Of a stretch of DNA of 64,000 nucleotides, positions 9,412 through 19,888 are shown piece after piece. The notes beneath the pieces are model-generated. The model did no database searches. It had not been told where the DNA came from and saw only the letters and a program-made list of their open reading frames with translations. Made by a program: the position numbers and the translations under genes. Within the stretch, counting starts at the first letter, position 1, and every line of letters starts with the position of its first letter. Source of the DNA: Bacillota bacterium (GTDB taxonomy: Bacteria > Bacillota > Clostridia > Christensenellales > UMGS416); the NCBI GenBank assembly GCA_023421955.1, contig JAEZSE010000018.1:7337-71336 (forward strand), written 5' to 3'.

Positions 9412-10485
9412 ATGAAGGCACTGAAGATCATCGCCACAGTGGTTTTGGCAACATTGCTGTTTTGCGCCATGCTGACAGCGGAAGCTATCGCCCTGGTGCG
9501 ATTCACCGTTTTAGAGCCGGAGTTTTATGGTCAGGATGGCCTGCAAGCCTATCTGGTTATCAGTGACGCGGTGGTGGAAAAGATGGCCGACGCGGTGCTG
9601 GAACGTGCGCCGTCCATCGTGCTCAGAACCGGAGACCGGCAGGAGGCCCACCGCCTGGCCATCAATGCCCTGCCACCCGAACAGGTCGCAAAGATGCTGG
9701 AGGAGAGCGGGCAGGACATTGCCCGATATATTTTTTATGGCGGAAATCTGCCGGTGCTGAAGGGCTCAAAAGAGTTTGCTCAAGGCATGAACGATGTGGT
9801 GAGCAATCTGCTGATGGACGGTGTGTGGGAACTTCTGCCGGACAAACCAAACTTTCCAGCCTTCATGCCCTTCACACCGGAATGGAACTTGAGTTACGGC
9901 CAAGGCCTGGAAGATGCTCTTTGGCCGGTGCGGCATTATGCCGGCCTAACAGACTACGCGTTCTGGCTGGCGCTCGCCGCCATTACGCTCTTTCTTGGGC
10001 TCATTTATCTGCTCTGGATCCGCCAGAGAAAAGGGTTCTATGCCACGCTGGCGGCGGTGCTTGCGCTCAATGGCCTGCTGGCGGCGGCCGGGGCAGTATG
10101 CGCGTCTTATCTTTCTACGGATCTTGCGAGCGAGGCGGCGCGCTATTACCCGGTGAGCCTGGCAGCGGAGCTTTTCGGCCAAAGCTGGATATCCCTGTTC
10201 AAGGCAGTCCTGATGCCCTTTCGTGACATTCTCTTTTGGGCAGCGGTTGCGATCATTTCGTTGACAGTGGCTGCCGCTACATTAGGCATCGAGCGGGTCT
10301 GGCAGCCTTGGCCCTGGAAGGCGCTCCCGCCACAAAGCCCGGCTCTGCCGATGCTGAAGCAACGTAACAGTAAGGTCACCAAGCCGGACACCGTGCGCAA
10401 TGGAAGCCGGGCAAAACGGAGAGGCGACCGAAGAAAAGGGCCCAGACACGCGGGAAAGCCAGCAAGCACGCCAGCCACACGCTGA
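9412..10485 (+). CDS. polytopic membrane protein of unknown function with a basic C-terminal tail
   Basis: Signal/TM at the N-terminus, several further TM helices, Arg/Lys-rich C-terminus. Confidence 0.5.
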   Translation: MKALKIIATVVLATLLFCAMLTAEAIALVRFTVLEPEFYGQDGLQAYLVISDAVVEKMADAVLERAPSIVLRTGDRQEAHRLAINALPPEQVAKMLEESGQDIARYIFYGGNLPVLKGSKEFAQGMNDVVSNLLMDGVWELLPDKPNFPAFMPFTPEWNLSYGQGLEDALWPVRHYAGLTDYAFWLALAAITLFLGLIYLLWIRQRKGFYATLAAVLALNGLLAAAGAVCASYLSTDLASEAARYYPVSLAAELFGQSWISLFKAVLMPFRDILFWAAVAIISLTVAAATLGIERVWQPWPWKALPPQSPALPMLKQRNSKVTKPDTVRNGSRAKRRGDRRKGPRHAGKPASTPATR

Positions 10486-10494
10486 CCGAAAAGC

Positions 10495-11523
10495 CTATTT
10501 AGTGATCAACTCTTTGATCGCGTTTACCACTGTGTCGATGTCAGGGCGGGTCACGTCATGGTTGGTCACAAACCGGTATTGCCCCGGCCCGCCATTGATC
10601 TTGATCCCGCGCTCCAGCAAGCCCTTTACGAGAGCTTCTCCAGTGATAACCGGCTCACTGAGGGTGATAAACACCATATTGATATCCAGGCAATCTCTGT
10701 TTACTTCAACGCCCACAATCTCTTCCAACCTGCCAGCCAGATAGCGGGCATTCGCGTGGTCATCGGCGAGTCTCTCCACCATATGGCGGAGAGCATGAAG
10801 CCCCGCCGCGCAGAGCACACCCACCTGGCGCATGCCGCCGCCCATGAGCTTGCGGCAGCGCCGCGCCCGCTCGATAAACGCCCTGTTTCCCACAACCACA
10901 GAACCCACCGGCGCGCAGAGGCCCTTGGAAAGGCACACCATCACCGAATCGGCGCAGGCAGCCAGCTCTCGGGCCGGCACACCGAGTGACAATGCGGCGT
11001 TGAACAGGCGCGCGCCATCCAGATGCACAGGGATCTTGTGGGCGTCTGCCAGAGCCTTCACAGCTCGCATGCTCTCCAGCCCGATCACCATGCCGTTAGA
11101 GCGGGCGTTTTCCAGGCAGATGAGGCCAGTGCGTGGCTCATGGATGTCATCACTGCGGATGCGGGCTGCCACCTGGCTTATGTCAATGGTTCGGCCATCC
11201 ACCTGAAAGCCCCGTGTCTGCACGGAGGAGAGCACCGCGGCGGCACCGGCCTCATGCCAGAGGATGTGGCAGCTGTCATCCAGCAAAATCTCGTCGCCCC
11301 GGCGAGTGTGGGCCATCACCGAAACCTGGTTGCCGAAGGTGCCGCTGGGCACGAAAAGGCCAGCCTCCTTGCCCAGCAGCTCTGCGGCCGCCTGTTCGAG
11401 TTCAGCCGCCGTGGGGTCGTCGCCATATACGTCGTCACCCACCGGTGCTGATGCCATCAGGCGGCGCATCTCCTCAGTGGGCTGGGTCACTGTATCGCTG
11501 CGCAAATCGATATATCTCATCTT
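10495..11523 (-). CDS. ltaE: low-specificity L-threonine aldolase
   Basis: Start at [12 protein letters not shown] with GGAGG 8 nt upstream. Motifs [27 protein letters not shown] (beta-eliminating lyase fold). Confidence 0.8.
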   Translation of the reverse strand, partial: KMRYIDLRSDTVTQPTEEMRRLMASAPVGDDVYGDDPTAAELEQAAAELLGKEAGLFVPSGTFGNQVSVMAHTRRGDEILLDDSCHILWHEAGAAAVLSSVQTRGFQVDGRTIDISQVAARIRSDDIHEPRTGLICLENARSNGMVIGLESMRAVKALADAHKIPVHLDGARLFNAALSLGVPARELAACADSVMVCLSKGLCAPVGSVVVGNRAFIERARRCRKLMGGGMRQVGVLCAAGLHALRHMVERLADDHANARYLAGRLEEIVGVEVNRDCLDINMVFITLSEPVITGEALVKGLLERGIKINGGPGQYRFVTNHDVTRPDIDTVVNAIKELITK

Positions 11524-11613
11524 TAAACCTCCAATAGGCTTATCACAGATTCCCATGATAAGCCCCTCCATCAAGTCTGACAAGTATACGGTATGAATTT
11601 GGTAATGTGCCCC

Positions 11614-12405
11614 TCAACTTTTCGCCCTGCAATACCGGATGTATTCCAGGCAATACTCATCCAGCCCCGCCACGGCCTCCGCCGCCGCGATGGCCTGCGT
11701 AAGCGCCTGGTCGGAAGGATCAAGAATGGCGGCGTTGAGACCAGCGGCCACCGCCGCGATGAGAAACGCGCTGTTGATCGCCTTGCGCTGGGGCAGCCCG
11801 AAGGAAACATTGGAAAGCCCGCACACAATGGTAACCTCCGGGAACCTGGCACGGATGAGACCAATCGCCCTGAGCGTGACAGCGGCGGACTCATAGTTGG
11901 CGGCAAGGGCTTCGGCCAGCGGGTCCAGCCATACCTTGCTCTGCGGGATGCCGTGTACGGCCAGACCCTCCAGCGCCCGTTCCGCCGCTTCCAACCTGCC
12001 CTCGGCGGTGGTTGGGATGCCGGAAGCACCCATGCACAGCGCCACGACGGAAGCCTTTTGCTGCACCAGCAGAGGCGCCACCGCCGCGATGCGGGCAGGA
12101 TCAGCCGTCACGGAATTGACAACAGCACGGCCCACCGTGTCCGCAGCAAGCGCCGCAGCCACAGCAGCAGGGTTTGGTGAGTCAATCATGAGACGCGCCC
12201 CGGTGGCCTGTTGCACGGTGCGCACAGCCCAGGCCAGCAGCTCCGGTTCCTCGGAGAGGAACACCGAAGCGTTCAGGTCCAAAAGGTCTGCACCGGCATC
12301 CAGTTGCTTTTGTGCCAGCGCCGCCAGGCCTTCCCCGTCGCGTTTTGCCAGTAATTCCCTGGTGGCGGGAATGGAACTATTCAATTTCTCACCGACTCGA
12401 ATCAT
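11614..12405 (-). CDS. stand-alone pterin-binding (DHPS-like) methyltetrahydrofolate methyltransferase domain protein (MetH pterin module / AcsE-MeTr-like)
   Basis: Start MIRVGEKLNSS after AGGAGGAAG. Overlaps the upstream gene by 17 nt. GEKLN motif of pterin-binding domains. No cobalamin-binding domain. Confidence 0.65.
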   Translation of the reverse strand: MIRVGEKLNSSIPATRELLAKRDGEGLAALAQKQLDAGADLLDLNASVFLSEEPELLAWAVRTVQQATGARLMIDSPNPAAVAAALAADTVGRAVVNSVTADPARIAAVAPLLVQQKASVVALCMGASGIPTTAEGRLEAAERALEGLAVHGIPQSKVWLDPLAEALAANYESAAVTLRAIGLIRARFPEVTIVCGLSNVSFGLPQRKAINSAFLIAAVAAGLNAAILDPSDQALTQAIAAAEAVAGLDEYCLEYIRYCRAKS

Positions 12406-14158
12406 CGATCTTCCTCCTGAGTTCACGAATCAAACTTGCTGCAAGCCGGTAGCGGTTCACCGGCGTGATAACATAATATCCATCCACAAGTGGCATGATC
12501 CCATCTGCTGCCTCCAGGGCCAGTTGGAGACCCAACTGCTCACCCTGCTCGCGGTCAAGGCCCCGGAAACGCTCCACCACATCGTCGGGAATGCGCATGC
12601 CCGGCACCTCATTGGCGAGGAACACAGCGTTGCGGTGGCTGACCACCGGCAAAAGGCCGGTGAGCACCTTGGCATCCAGAGAATCTCTGGCCCGGCGCAA
12701 GGCTTCCACCGATTCCGGGGAAAACAGCGGCTGTGTGAGGAAAAAGCTCACGCCGCTGTTTACCTTGCGCTCGGCTTTGATGAGCTCCGCCCCAAGGTTG
12801 GGGGCGTTCACATTGAGCGCCGCGCCGATCACAAAGGGATCGCCGGCAAAAAGCGTTTCGTTGAGGCTCTTCACATAACCGGCCATCACGGCGGAGTTGG
12901 AGTTGTAAACACCTTTTACCTCGCTGCGATCCGCCTGTGCAATCGGGTCGCCGGTGATGATCAGCACATTGCGGACCCCCTCAATGTGCAACGAGATGAG
13001 CAGCGACTTGATCGCGTTCAGGTTACGGTCGCGGCAGGCGATATGTGGCAGCACCAGGCAGCCGCAGCGCCGGGAGATCAGCGAGGCCGTCATGGAGCTG
13101 TCCGCACGAACGCGGGCCAGCGGGTTGTCAGCCACGGTGATGGCGTCCGCCCCGGCCCGGGCTAGCGCCGCAGCGCCTTCCAACACCCTGGAGATGGCGG
13201 TGTCATTGGGCGGATCGGCCTCGGCAGCAATGGCTTTGCCACCCTGCTTAAGCTTCTCCCAGAAGGGATTGGCCAAAGGAGCAGTGTAACCCTGCTGGTG
13301 GGCGCGGTGGGTTTGCCGCGCATAAGGCTCCGCCGGCCCCCGCAACAGCGCCGACGCTGCTGCGATGTGCCTAGGCGTGGTGCCGCAGCATCCACCCAGG
13401 GTCTCGACACCCAACTCGCGAAATCGCTCCAGCTTACCGGCGAAATACTCCGGGCTGTTGGAATAGACAGTGCGCCCACCGGAAAGCATCGGGTAGCCGC
13501 CGTTGGGCATCGCCGACATGGGCTTGGTGGATGGGCCCAGCCCGGTCATATATTCCAACAGGTACATCGGGCCGGACAGGCAGTTGAAGCCCCAGGCATC
13601 CACCGCCCCCTCCTTCTCCATCGCCCGCTTGATCTCGCGGCCGGGCACGCCCAGCCGTGAGTAACCATCTGGTGCCACAGCATATTGGGCCAGCACAAAG
13701 GCATCTTGCGCCTTGCTTTTCAGATATCGTGCAGCAGTGCGCACGCTGTCCGGCTCGCCGAACGTCTCAAACACAAAGTGTTTCGCACCCAAAGCCAGAA
13801 AGAGATCCACAATCGCTTCATACTCCCGCGCCGCATCCTCCACCGCAAGGCCCGGGATCGGCCCAATATCTGCGAAGACCAGCGTCCTGCCGGCAGAGGC
13901 CTCCTGCGCCAGCTTCCAGCCGGCCTCAATCACAGCCCGCACTTCGGCCATGCCGCACTCCAGCATGGCCGTGTTTGCCCCGAAGGTGTTGGTGCGGATG
14001 GCGCCGGCACCTGCCTCGATGTATTCCCGGTGGATGCGCAACACAACGCCAGGCTCCTCCAGGTTGGCCATCTCGCAATTGCCTTTTGCGCTGCTTCGCA
14101 GCTCGGCAAAATAGGTGCCCATGGCGCCGTCAAACAGCAGGGGCTTTTGATCGGGCAT
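12389..14158 (-). CDS. yitJ: bifunctional homocysteine S-methyltransferase / 5,10-methylenetetrahydrofolate reductase (YitJ-like)
   Basis: N-terminal Hcy-binding domain (LLFDGAMGT, GGCCGTTP) fused to a C-terminal MetF-like MTHFR domain. Confidence 0.8.
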   Translation of the reverse strand: MPDQKPLLFDGAMGTYFAELRSSAKGNCEMANLEEPGVVLRIHREYIEAGAGAIRTNTFGANTAMLECGMAEVRAVIEAGWKLAQEASAGRTLVFADIGPIPGLAVEDAAREYEAIVDLFLALGAKHFVFETFGEPDSVRTAARYLKSKAQDAFVLAQYAVAPDGYSRLGVPGREIKRAMEKEGAVDAWGFNCLSGPMYLLEYMTGLGPSTKPMSAMPNGGYPMLSGGRTVYSNSPEYFAGKLERFRELGVETLGGCCGTTPRHIAAASALLRGPAEPYARQTHRAHQQGYTAPLANPFWEKLKQGGKAIAAEADPPNDTAISRVLEGAAALARAGADAITVADNPLARVRADSSMTASLISRRCGCLVLPHIACRDRNLNAIKSLLISLHIEGVRNVLIITGDPIAQADRSEVKGVYNSNSAVMAGYVKSLNETLFAGDPFVIGAALNVNAPNLGAELIKAERKVNSGVSFFLTQPLFSPESVEALRRARDSLDAKVLTGLLPVVSHRNAVFLANEVPGMRIPDDVVERFRGLDREQGEQLGLQLALEAADGIMPLVDGYYVITPVNRYRLAASLIRELRRKIDDSSR

Positions 14159-14256
14159 TTCGATACCTCGTCAGGCACAAGGACTAAAGGAAGCCCTTGG
14201 ATTTCGCAATAATATATCACGAAAAGCAAAATATTACAAATCAGATCCCTGCAACA

Positions 14257-15363
14257 CTAGTCCAGAACATAAGGCAAAAACGGTTCTTTCATCAGCGCCG
14301 GGCGATCCACCGTGGATGCGATTTTAACAAATGCCTCTGAGTTCCCGGACTGCTCAATCGCCTTCATTACTTCGAGCACATGCAGAATCAATTCACCGCT
14401 GGCCCTAGGCCTTCGCCCCTTTTCAATCGCTGAAGCCTGGTCGGCAAGACCCAATCCGTGAACATGCTTGGGATATGGAAACAACAACGGCATCTCAAGG
14501 AATTCTCCCCGGTCTGGTTGAAGAATCGATACTGGACCGCCATAAGCGCTCATCCTCAACGCACCCTGTGTGCCATAAATCATCATTTGATTCTGCAACC
14601 CGGCGCAGGAGTCAAAACCCGTGATGATGCTGGCAGTCACGCCGTTCTCAAACCGCAGGAGCCCCATGATCTGGGTGGGTGTTTCCACCTGGATTTTTGT
14701 GCCAAACAACGGCTGGGAGGTAATGATACGTTCTGCAAACGCCATGGAGCACATCCCCGCAACCGATGCGACACTACCAAACACATTGATCAAAGCTGTA
14801 AGAGGGTAAACTCCCATATCCATCATCGGCCCGCCGCCCTCCCGGTAGAAAAAAGCCGGATTCTTGTGCCACGCCTCATGCCCTCGCAGCATCACCGACA
14901 CCGTAGCACCTGTAACTTTACCGATCCAGCCGTCATCAACAAGCTTCCGCAGGGTTTGATATCCTGCAGTAAGAAATGTATCCGGTGCCCCGCAAATGGT
15001 CAGGTGTTTGTTTCTGGCAGTCTCGAGCAAAACACGGCCCTGCTCCAGGGTCGCAGCCATCGCTTTCTCAGTATAGACGTGCTTTCCAGCCTCCAGGCAC
15101 TTCAGCGAGAGCGCAAAGTGTTCCTGCGGCGGGGTGAGGTTCAACACGATACTGGTGGAAGGATCGTGGAGTAACTCCTCCAGTGTGCCATACACCCTGG
15201 GAATTCCATAGCGCTCCGCCTGCGCTCTGGCGCGCTCCTCAGTCCGGCTATAGATTCCAACAACAGATATCTCCGAATACAATTGGGTCAGGTTCTTGAG
15301 ATATACATCCGAAATATCTCCAGCCCCGATCACTGCGATTCTTGTGATTGACATCGTATCCAC
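14257..15363 (-). CDS. Gfo/Idh/MocA family NAD(P)-dependent oxidoreductase
   Basis: N-terminal Rossmann motif IAVIGAGDIS and EKAMAA motif. Confidence 0.8.
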   Translation of the reverse strand: MDTMSITRIAVIGAGDISDVYLKNLTQLYSEISVVGIYSRTEERARAQAERYGIPRVYGTLEELLHDPSTSIVLNLTPPQEHFALSLKCLEAGKHVYTEKAMAATLEQGRVLLETARNKHLTICGAPDTFLTAGYQTLRKLVDDGWIGKVTGATVSVMLRGHEAWHKNPAFFYREGGGPMMDMGVYPLTALINVFGSVASVAGMCSMAFAERIITSQPLFGTKIQVETPTQIMGLLRFENGVTASIITGFDSCAGLQNQMMIYGTQGALRMSAYGGPVSILQPDRGEFLEMPLLFPYPKHVHGLGLADQASAIEKGRRPRASGELILHVLEVMKAIEQSGNSEAFVKIASTVDRPALMKEPFLPYVLD

Positions 15364-15377
15364 TCCTGCTTATCGTA

Positions 15378-15818
15378 TTAGGCCAACAGTGTATAGGAGA
15401 ATAAAAAAGCTCGCTTTTCGAAGCCTAGCTTTTGATAAAACGCGTGGGCGCTTTCTCTCGGAAAGCCCGAATCCAATTCCACACGCTTTAAGCCGTCGCG
15501 CCTGGCATTCTCAATAACATGCTCCAATAATGATGTGCCAAGGCCTCGCCCACGGAATGCTTCGTCCACAACCATTGCATAGATATATGCAATTTGCCCT
15601 TCTTGCCAAAGGTTGTTTACTACCGCGTAAGCGCAGAAACCAACAATCCTTCCTTCGGTGACCACACAAAACAACTCATCACTCCCAGACTCAGCGCCAC
15701 GTACAAACACAGAACGCAGAGCGACTCTGTCAATGGACTTGATGGGCCAAAGCTGTTCGAACAGTGGTTAAACCGCATCGAAATCCTGTGGTTCTGTAGT
15801 TCGTATGATAAAATCCAT
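15378..15818 (-). pseudogene. GNAT N-acetyltransferase interrupted by an in-frame TAA at codon 17
   Basis: ATG at 15818 with GGGAGAG RBS encodes MDFIIRTTEPQDFDAV, then TAA at 15768-15770. The same frame continues into the 15378..15710 ORF, which carries the GNAT core RGRGLGTSLL. Confidence 0.55.
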
Positions 15819-16006
15819 TGCAGCACTCTCCCACCTATTTCTTCTGTGAATCATATCCGGTATACAGCAAAAAGGACGGAATGTCTATTCATAAATCAGA
15901 GGCCAGCAGGTACATGAAAAGTGGAAGTGCGAATAATTATTGACAAACAATAATCAAGGAAGTATACTCCGAATATAATTATTGCAAAACAATAATCGAG
16001 GCGCAC

Positions 16007-17011
16007 ATGAAACGAAAAACTCTTTGGTTTCTCCTGGCAGCAGAAGCAGCGCTCTGCATATTACTGCAATTGTTGAAAGCCTCCTTCGCCAGCATCTATA
16101 CAACCACCCTAGCCTTCCCCTTCGAGCAGATCGGGTTGGGGCTGCGGGCGCTGTCGCTTTCCGGCTGGGCAGGCAACGCCGCTGCCGTTACCCTTTATGC
16201 TGCGATCTGCCTTACCCCTCTGGTCTATATGGCTGTGCGGACGAGACAAAGAAGATTGCAACGGGAAGACTGGCTGCTGGTAGCTCTCAGTGCGGCGCTG
16301 TTTGGCGTGCTGTATCTGATGATTAATCCATCGCTCATCGCCTGGTTGTTTGGCAGCTCCGCAGCCATTCCCGTTGGCAAGGCGGTGCTCAGCGGAACCA
16401 TCTACTCGGTGGTTGTGGCTTATGCAGTGCTGATATTGCTGCGGCTGTTTTCCGGCGGAAACACAAGCCTGCTGTTCCGGTATCTGGCGGCGATGCTGGC
16501 GCTGCTGGGCGCGCTGTTTGTTTATCTGGCTTTCGGCTCGTGCTTCGGCAATCTGCTGGATTCCTTTGTGTCTCTCCAAGCAGGAAACGCTGGCAGCGAA
16601 CTGCTGCAAGGCACATTCGGCGAACCCTTGGGCGGGCGTCAACTCGGTTTGAGCTATTGTTTCCTGATAATTCAATTCATGTTGAATGCGCTGCCCTATG
16701 TGCTGGATGTGTTCATCATCTTTGCTGCCCTGCGGCTATTGGATGAACTCAGGGCAGATCGCTACTCGGCTGCAAGTGTGGCGGCAGCCAGCCGCCTGTC
16801 AAGGCTGTGCGGAATGGCTCTGGCAGCTACAGCGATTGCATCACTCGCCTTCAACCTGCTGCAATTGCTGTTTGCCAAAGCGCTGCTGGTGATCAACAGC
16901 ACCGTGCAGATCCCGCTTACCTCCCTCGCCTTTGTGCTGGCCGTGCTGCTTCTGGCCCGGTTTGTGTCAGAGAACAAGCAGCTCAAAGACGACAACGACA
17001 TGTTTATCTGA
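16007..17011 (+). CDS. integral membrane protein (DUF2975-like), first gene of a membrane/HTH/lipoprotein operon
   Basis: 8-10 predicted TM helices. Followed 10 nt later by a YozG-like HTH gene, the usual DUF2975 partner. Confidence 0.45.
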   Translation: MKRKTLWFLLAAEAALCILLQLLKASFASIYTTTLAFPFEQIGLGLRALSLSGWAGNAAAVTLYAAICLTPLVYMAVRTRQRRLQREDWLLVALSAALFGVLYLMINPSLIAWLFGSSAAIPVGKAVLSGTIYSVVVAYAVLILLRLFSGGNTSLLFRYLAAMLALLGALFVYLAFGSCFGNLLDSFVSLQAGNAGSELLQGTFGEPLGGRQLGLSYCFLIIQFMLNALPYVLDVFIIFAALRLLDELRADRYSAASVAAASRLSRLCGMALAATAIASLAFNLLQLLFAKALLVINSTVQIPLTSLAFVLAVLLLARFVSENKQLKDDNDMFI

Positions 17012-17021
17012 GAGGTGAAAA

Positions 17022-17249
17022 ATGGCGATACGCGTTCACCTTGAGGATGTGCTGAAGGCTCGGGGGATGACCTCCAAGGAGCTTTGCGCGCTGGTGGGCA
17101 TCACCGAGGCAAACCTCTCCATCCTGCGCAGCGGCAAGGCCAAAGGCGTGCGGTTCGGCACGATCAACAAAATCTGCTGGCACCTGGGCTGCGATGTGGG
17201 TGATATCTTGAAATTTGACGGAAACCTGGGGGAAGATGATGATGAATAA
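17022..17249 (+). CDS. small XRE/Cro-type HTH transcriptional regulator (YozG-like)
   Basis: LSILRSGKAKGVRFGTINKICWHLGCDVGDIL motif; 75 aa. Confidence 0.75.
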   Translation: MAIRVHLEDVLKARGMTSKELCALVGITEANLSILRSGKAKGVRFGTINKICWHLGCDVGDILKFDGNLGEDDDE

Positions 17250-18216
17250 ACGGAGCATAGCTATTATCAGCCTGGTGATACTGATGATCCTCGCTCTGGC
17301 AGGCTGCCAGCTGGCTCAGCCCGACACCGGCACAGCAGCCGGAGAGGACAGGCTGATCGGTGTGCTGGTGACGACGGAATATCTGGATTTGTTTGATACA
17401 GAAGCCTATTTGAATGACCACCTGACGATCCGAAGCAATGGCGAGATCAACATCGACGGTGACCGCAGCAAATATCAAGGCCGACTGTATGCCAAGCTGG
17501 TCAAGATGACGCACACAAACGATGATGCAGGCGAAAAATTTGAAACTAAGCAGTACGCTTTTACAGACATGAAGGGATTTTCATATTTTGTCACGAAGAT
17601 CCCCTCCACGGAAGAGCACAGCAATTATACAGCAACAAGCTCTGATGATTCATTCAGCGACGGGAAGACCGCCATCAACGCAGGCGAAACAAACTATAGC
17701 CTGAGCCTGGAAGGCACACTATTCGTCTCGGCACTGGAAGGAGAACGCACCTACTATTTTAACCCGGTCTATCAGTGTGACGACGGCAGTGTGTACGCCA
17801 CCACCGGCAGCGGCCTTAGCAGCAGCGCAGATCAGGGGGACGGCGCAACCATGTCACAAACAATGGAGTCCAAACTAACAACAACAGTGAATGGTCAGAC
17901 CAAGGAGTACAATACATCCATTAAGATTACGATCCAAGTGATGAATCCGCCAGGCAAGATCGTGGTATACCAAATGGACCAAAACAACGCCATCCTTGCC
18001 CGCACCGAGTATGCACCAGGCAAGCTCCCGAAGACAATCGCATCGGATCAAAACACGGAATACATCCTGGTAGAGACGCACACAGCCGGCCCCGAAGGCA
18101 AAGCACAAGTCTCCCGAACACTGTTTGAGAAGGGCAAGCAATCTCTGGACACCTTCTATTGCCGGGAAGACGGCGTGTGCGTGAAGCAATGGACGCAGCT
18201 GGATTGGGCAAAGTAA
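17236..18216 (+). CDS. lipoprotein of unknown function
   Basis: MMMNKRSIAIISLVILMILALAGCQ lipobox. The start overlaps the end of the HTH gene (GATGATGATGAATAA). Confidence 0.5.
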   Translation: MMMNKRSIAIISLVILMILALAGCQLAQPDTGTAAGEDRLIGVLVTTEYLDLFDTEAYLNDHLTIRSNGEINIDGDRSKYQGRLYAKLVKMTHTNDDAGEKFETKQYAFTDMKGFSYFVTKIPSTEEHSNYTATSSDDSFSDGKTAINAGETNYSLSLEGTLFVSALEGERTYYFNPVYQCDDGSVYATTGSGLSSSADQGDGATMSQTMESKLTTTVNGQTKEYNTSIKITIQVMNPPGKIVVYQMDQNNAILARTEYAPGKLPKTIASDQNTEYILVETHTAGPEGKAQVSRTLFEKGKQSLDTFYCREDGVCVKQWTQLDWAK

Positions 18217-18235
18217 TTTACCCATGATAAACAAA

Positions 18236-18266
18236 CGGCGGCTACAATCATGCAGCCGCCGCTTTG
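18236..18266. terminator. bidirectional intrinsic terminator
   Basis: cggcggct / agccgccg stem with T-rich flanks on both strands, between convergent genes. Confidence 0.45.
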
Positions 18267-18288
18267 TACAACCATAGAATGATAAGGA

Positions 18289-19773
18289 TCAGTTGAAATC
18301 CACAGGGAACTTATTAATCCTGGGCTCCTGCCACCAGTAGTTTTGAGAATAAGTCCAGTCCAGCTTTTCCTTGAAAGCTACCAGCTTGGCAAACGCCGTG
18401 GCCTTGGCCTTCAGGTCTTTCTTGGCAATTGTCAGTGTGCGGTTATCACCGCTCTTCATGGACAACGAGGCTGCCTCCCATGCTTTCTGCGCCTTTATAA
18501 AGGATGCCTTCAACTCATCATATGATTTCCGCTCCTCATCGGTAAACCCTGCCTGATTGTTCTCATAAGCATCGACAAGTTTTTTTGCCGTGTTCACATA
18601 CACAATACCGTCAAAACCATAACTCATGAGCCAATGGGCATATTTTTCAGAGCACCGCACCTGCTCAGGCACATCAACGCCGTAGACATCCTTAATTAGC
18701 TTTTGGCGTTTCTCCTGATCGGTAAAGCACCAACGCCACCGGCAAGCATCAGCCGACGGCCCCACCATGGAGTGCATACCGATTTTGGCCGGGTCAATGG
18801 ATTTGGCGAAATTGACCAACGCGATCGTCTGCTCCAGGTTTGTGTTCGTATAGACTTCATCTCTTGCTGTGTTGATCAAATCCGGCACCATGGAGAGCTT
18901 GCCTTTTTCCTTCAATTGCTTGAAAATGGCGATCATCATATCCTTCTGCCGGTTGATGCGGTTGAGGTCACCCGGCGCCGGACCGACCTTTCGGACACGG
19001 ACATAATACAACACATCAGCTCCGGACATGTGCTGCATACCCTTCTTCCTGGCGCGGCTGTAGGCTCGGTCTTCCACCGCATAGTCCACACCACCGATGG
19101 CATTCACCATCTTCACCAGTGCGTTGAAATCCACCGCGTAATAATAATCCACCGGGATGCCGCCCAGCATATATTCCGCGCCTTTGCACACATTCAAAAA
19201 ACCGGCGCCGTCTTTCGCCACAAAGCCCCCGCCCACATTGAATGTTGCGTTGATCTTGTATACGCCGTCCATCAGCTGCGGGTTGTGAATGAATGTGTCT
19301 CGCGGCAGCGAAATGAGATCCACCTTTTTCTCCTTGAAATTGATTGCCACGATCATCTGCACATCGGCATGAGGATCTGTGCCTTGGCTTGCGGCCGTAC
19401 CTTTGTTGTTGCCATCCACACCATACCTTCGATCAATACCGATCAGGAGAATGTTCACGATGTCTTTGCTTTCCGTTATGCCGGGTGTGGGTTCTACAGT
19501 GGGCTCAATAGTCGGCGTTGCAGTCGCCTCGGCGCTGACTGCGCCTGCCGATGTTTTGAGCTCCGGTGTGGGTGTAGTCACTGCCGTGGGGCTTGCCAGC
19601 AACGCCGGATCCATTGTGGAATGGACAAAGAGGTCTTCCGGTTGATAAAGGATCTGATATGCCTTAACCCCGCCGACTGCCAGCAGCACCAAAGCTACGG
19701 CAAGAATGCTCAGCAAGATGATGCGTTTGCGGCTCATTTTCGGCTTAACGTTTGGTTCATTACTGTTATCCAT
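18289..19773 (-). CDS. LCP family protein (second paralog)
   Basis: VNILLIGIDRR, DVQMIVAINFKEKKVDLISLPRDTF, NVGGG. N-terminal TM helix and a PT-rich linker. Confidence 0.85.
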   Translation of the reverse strand: MDNSNEPNVKPKMSRKRIILLSILAVALVLLAVGGVKAYQILYQPEDLFVHSTMDPALLASPTAVTTPTPELKTSAGAVSAEATATPTIEPTVEPTPGITESKDIVNILLIGIDRRYGVDGNNKGTAASQGTDPHADVQMIVAINFKEKKVDLISLPRDTFIHNPQLMDGVYKINATFNVGGGFVAKDGAGFLNVCKGAEYMLGGIPVDYYYAVDFNALVKMVNAIGGVDYAVEDRAYSRARKKGMQHMSGADVLYYVRVRKVGPAPGDLNRINRQKDMMIAIFKQLKEKGKLSMVPDLINTARDEVYTNTNLEQTIALVNFAKSIDPAKIGMHSMVGPSADACRWRWCFTDQEKRQKLIKDVYGVDVPEQVRCSEKYAHWLMSYGFDGIVYVNTAKKLVDAYENNQAGFTDEERKSYDELKASFIKAQKAWEAASLSMKSGDNRTLTIAKKDLKAKATAFAKLVAFKEKLDWTYSQNYWWQEPRINKFPVDFN

Positions 19774-19840
19774 CGTACAACTCCCGATCTATTGAATGAG
19801 TAATCGTATTTTAGCATATTTTGGTGAATGTTTACCATAC

Positions 19841-19882
19841 CGTGAAACAAAAGAAAGCCCTAGAGAGCTTAATCTCTAGGGC
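19841..19882 (-). terminator. terminator of the tRNA operon
   Basis: gccctagagag / tctctagggc hairpin followed by a U-tract on the minus strand. Confidence 0.5.
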
Positions 19883-19888
19883 CAATTA

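Noticed and set aside
14159-14256. Possible SAM (S-box) riboswitch leader upstream of the yitJ-like methionine gene
   Set aside because: Only ~98 nt separate the start codon from the preceding gene, and I could not find the conserved S-box helices or kink-turn motifs. yitJ is more likely co-transcribed with the upstream oxidoreductase gene.
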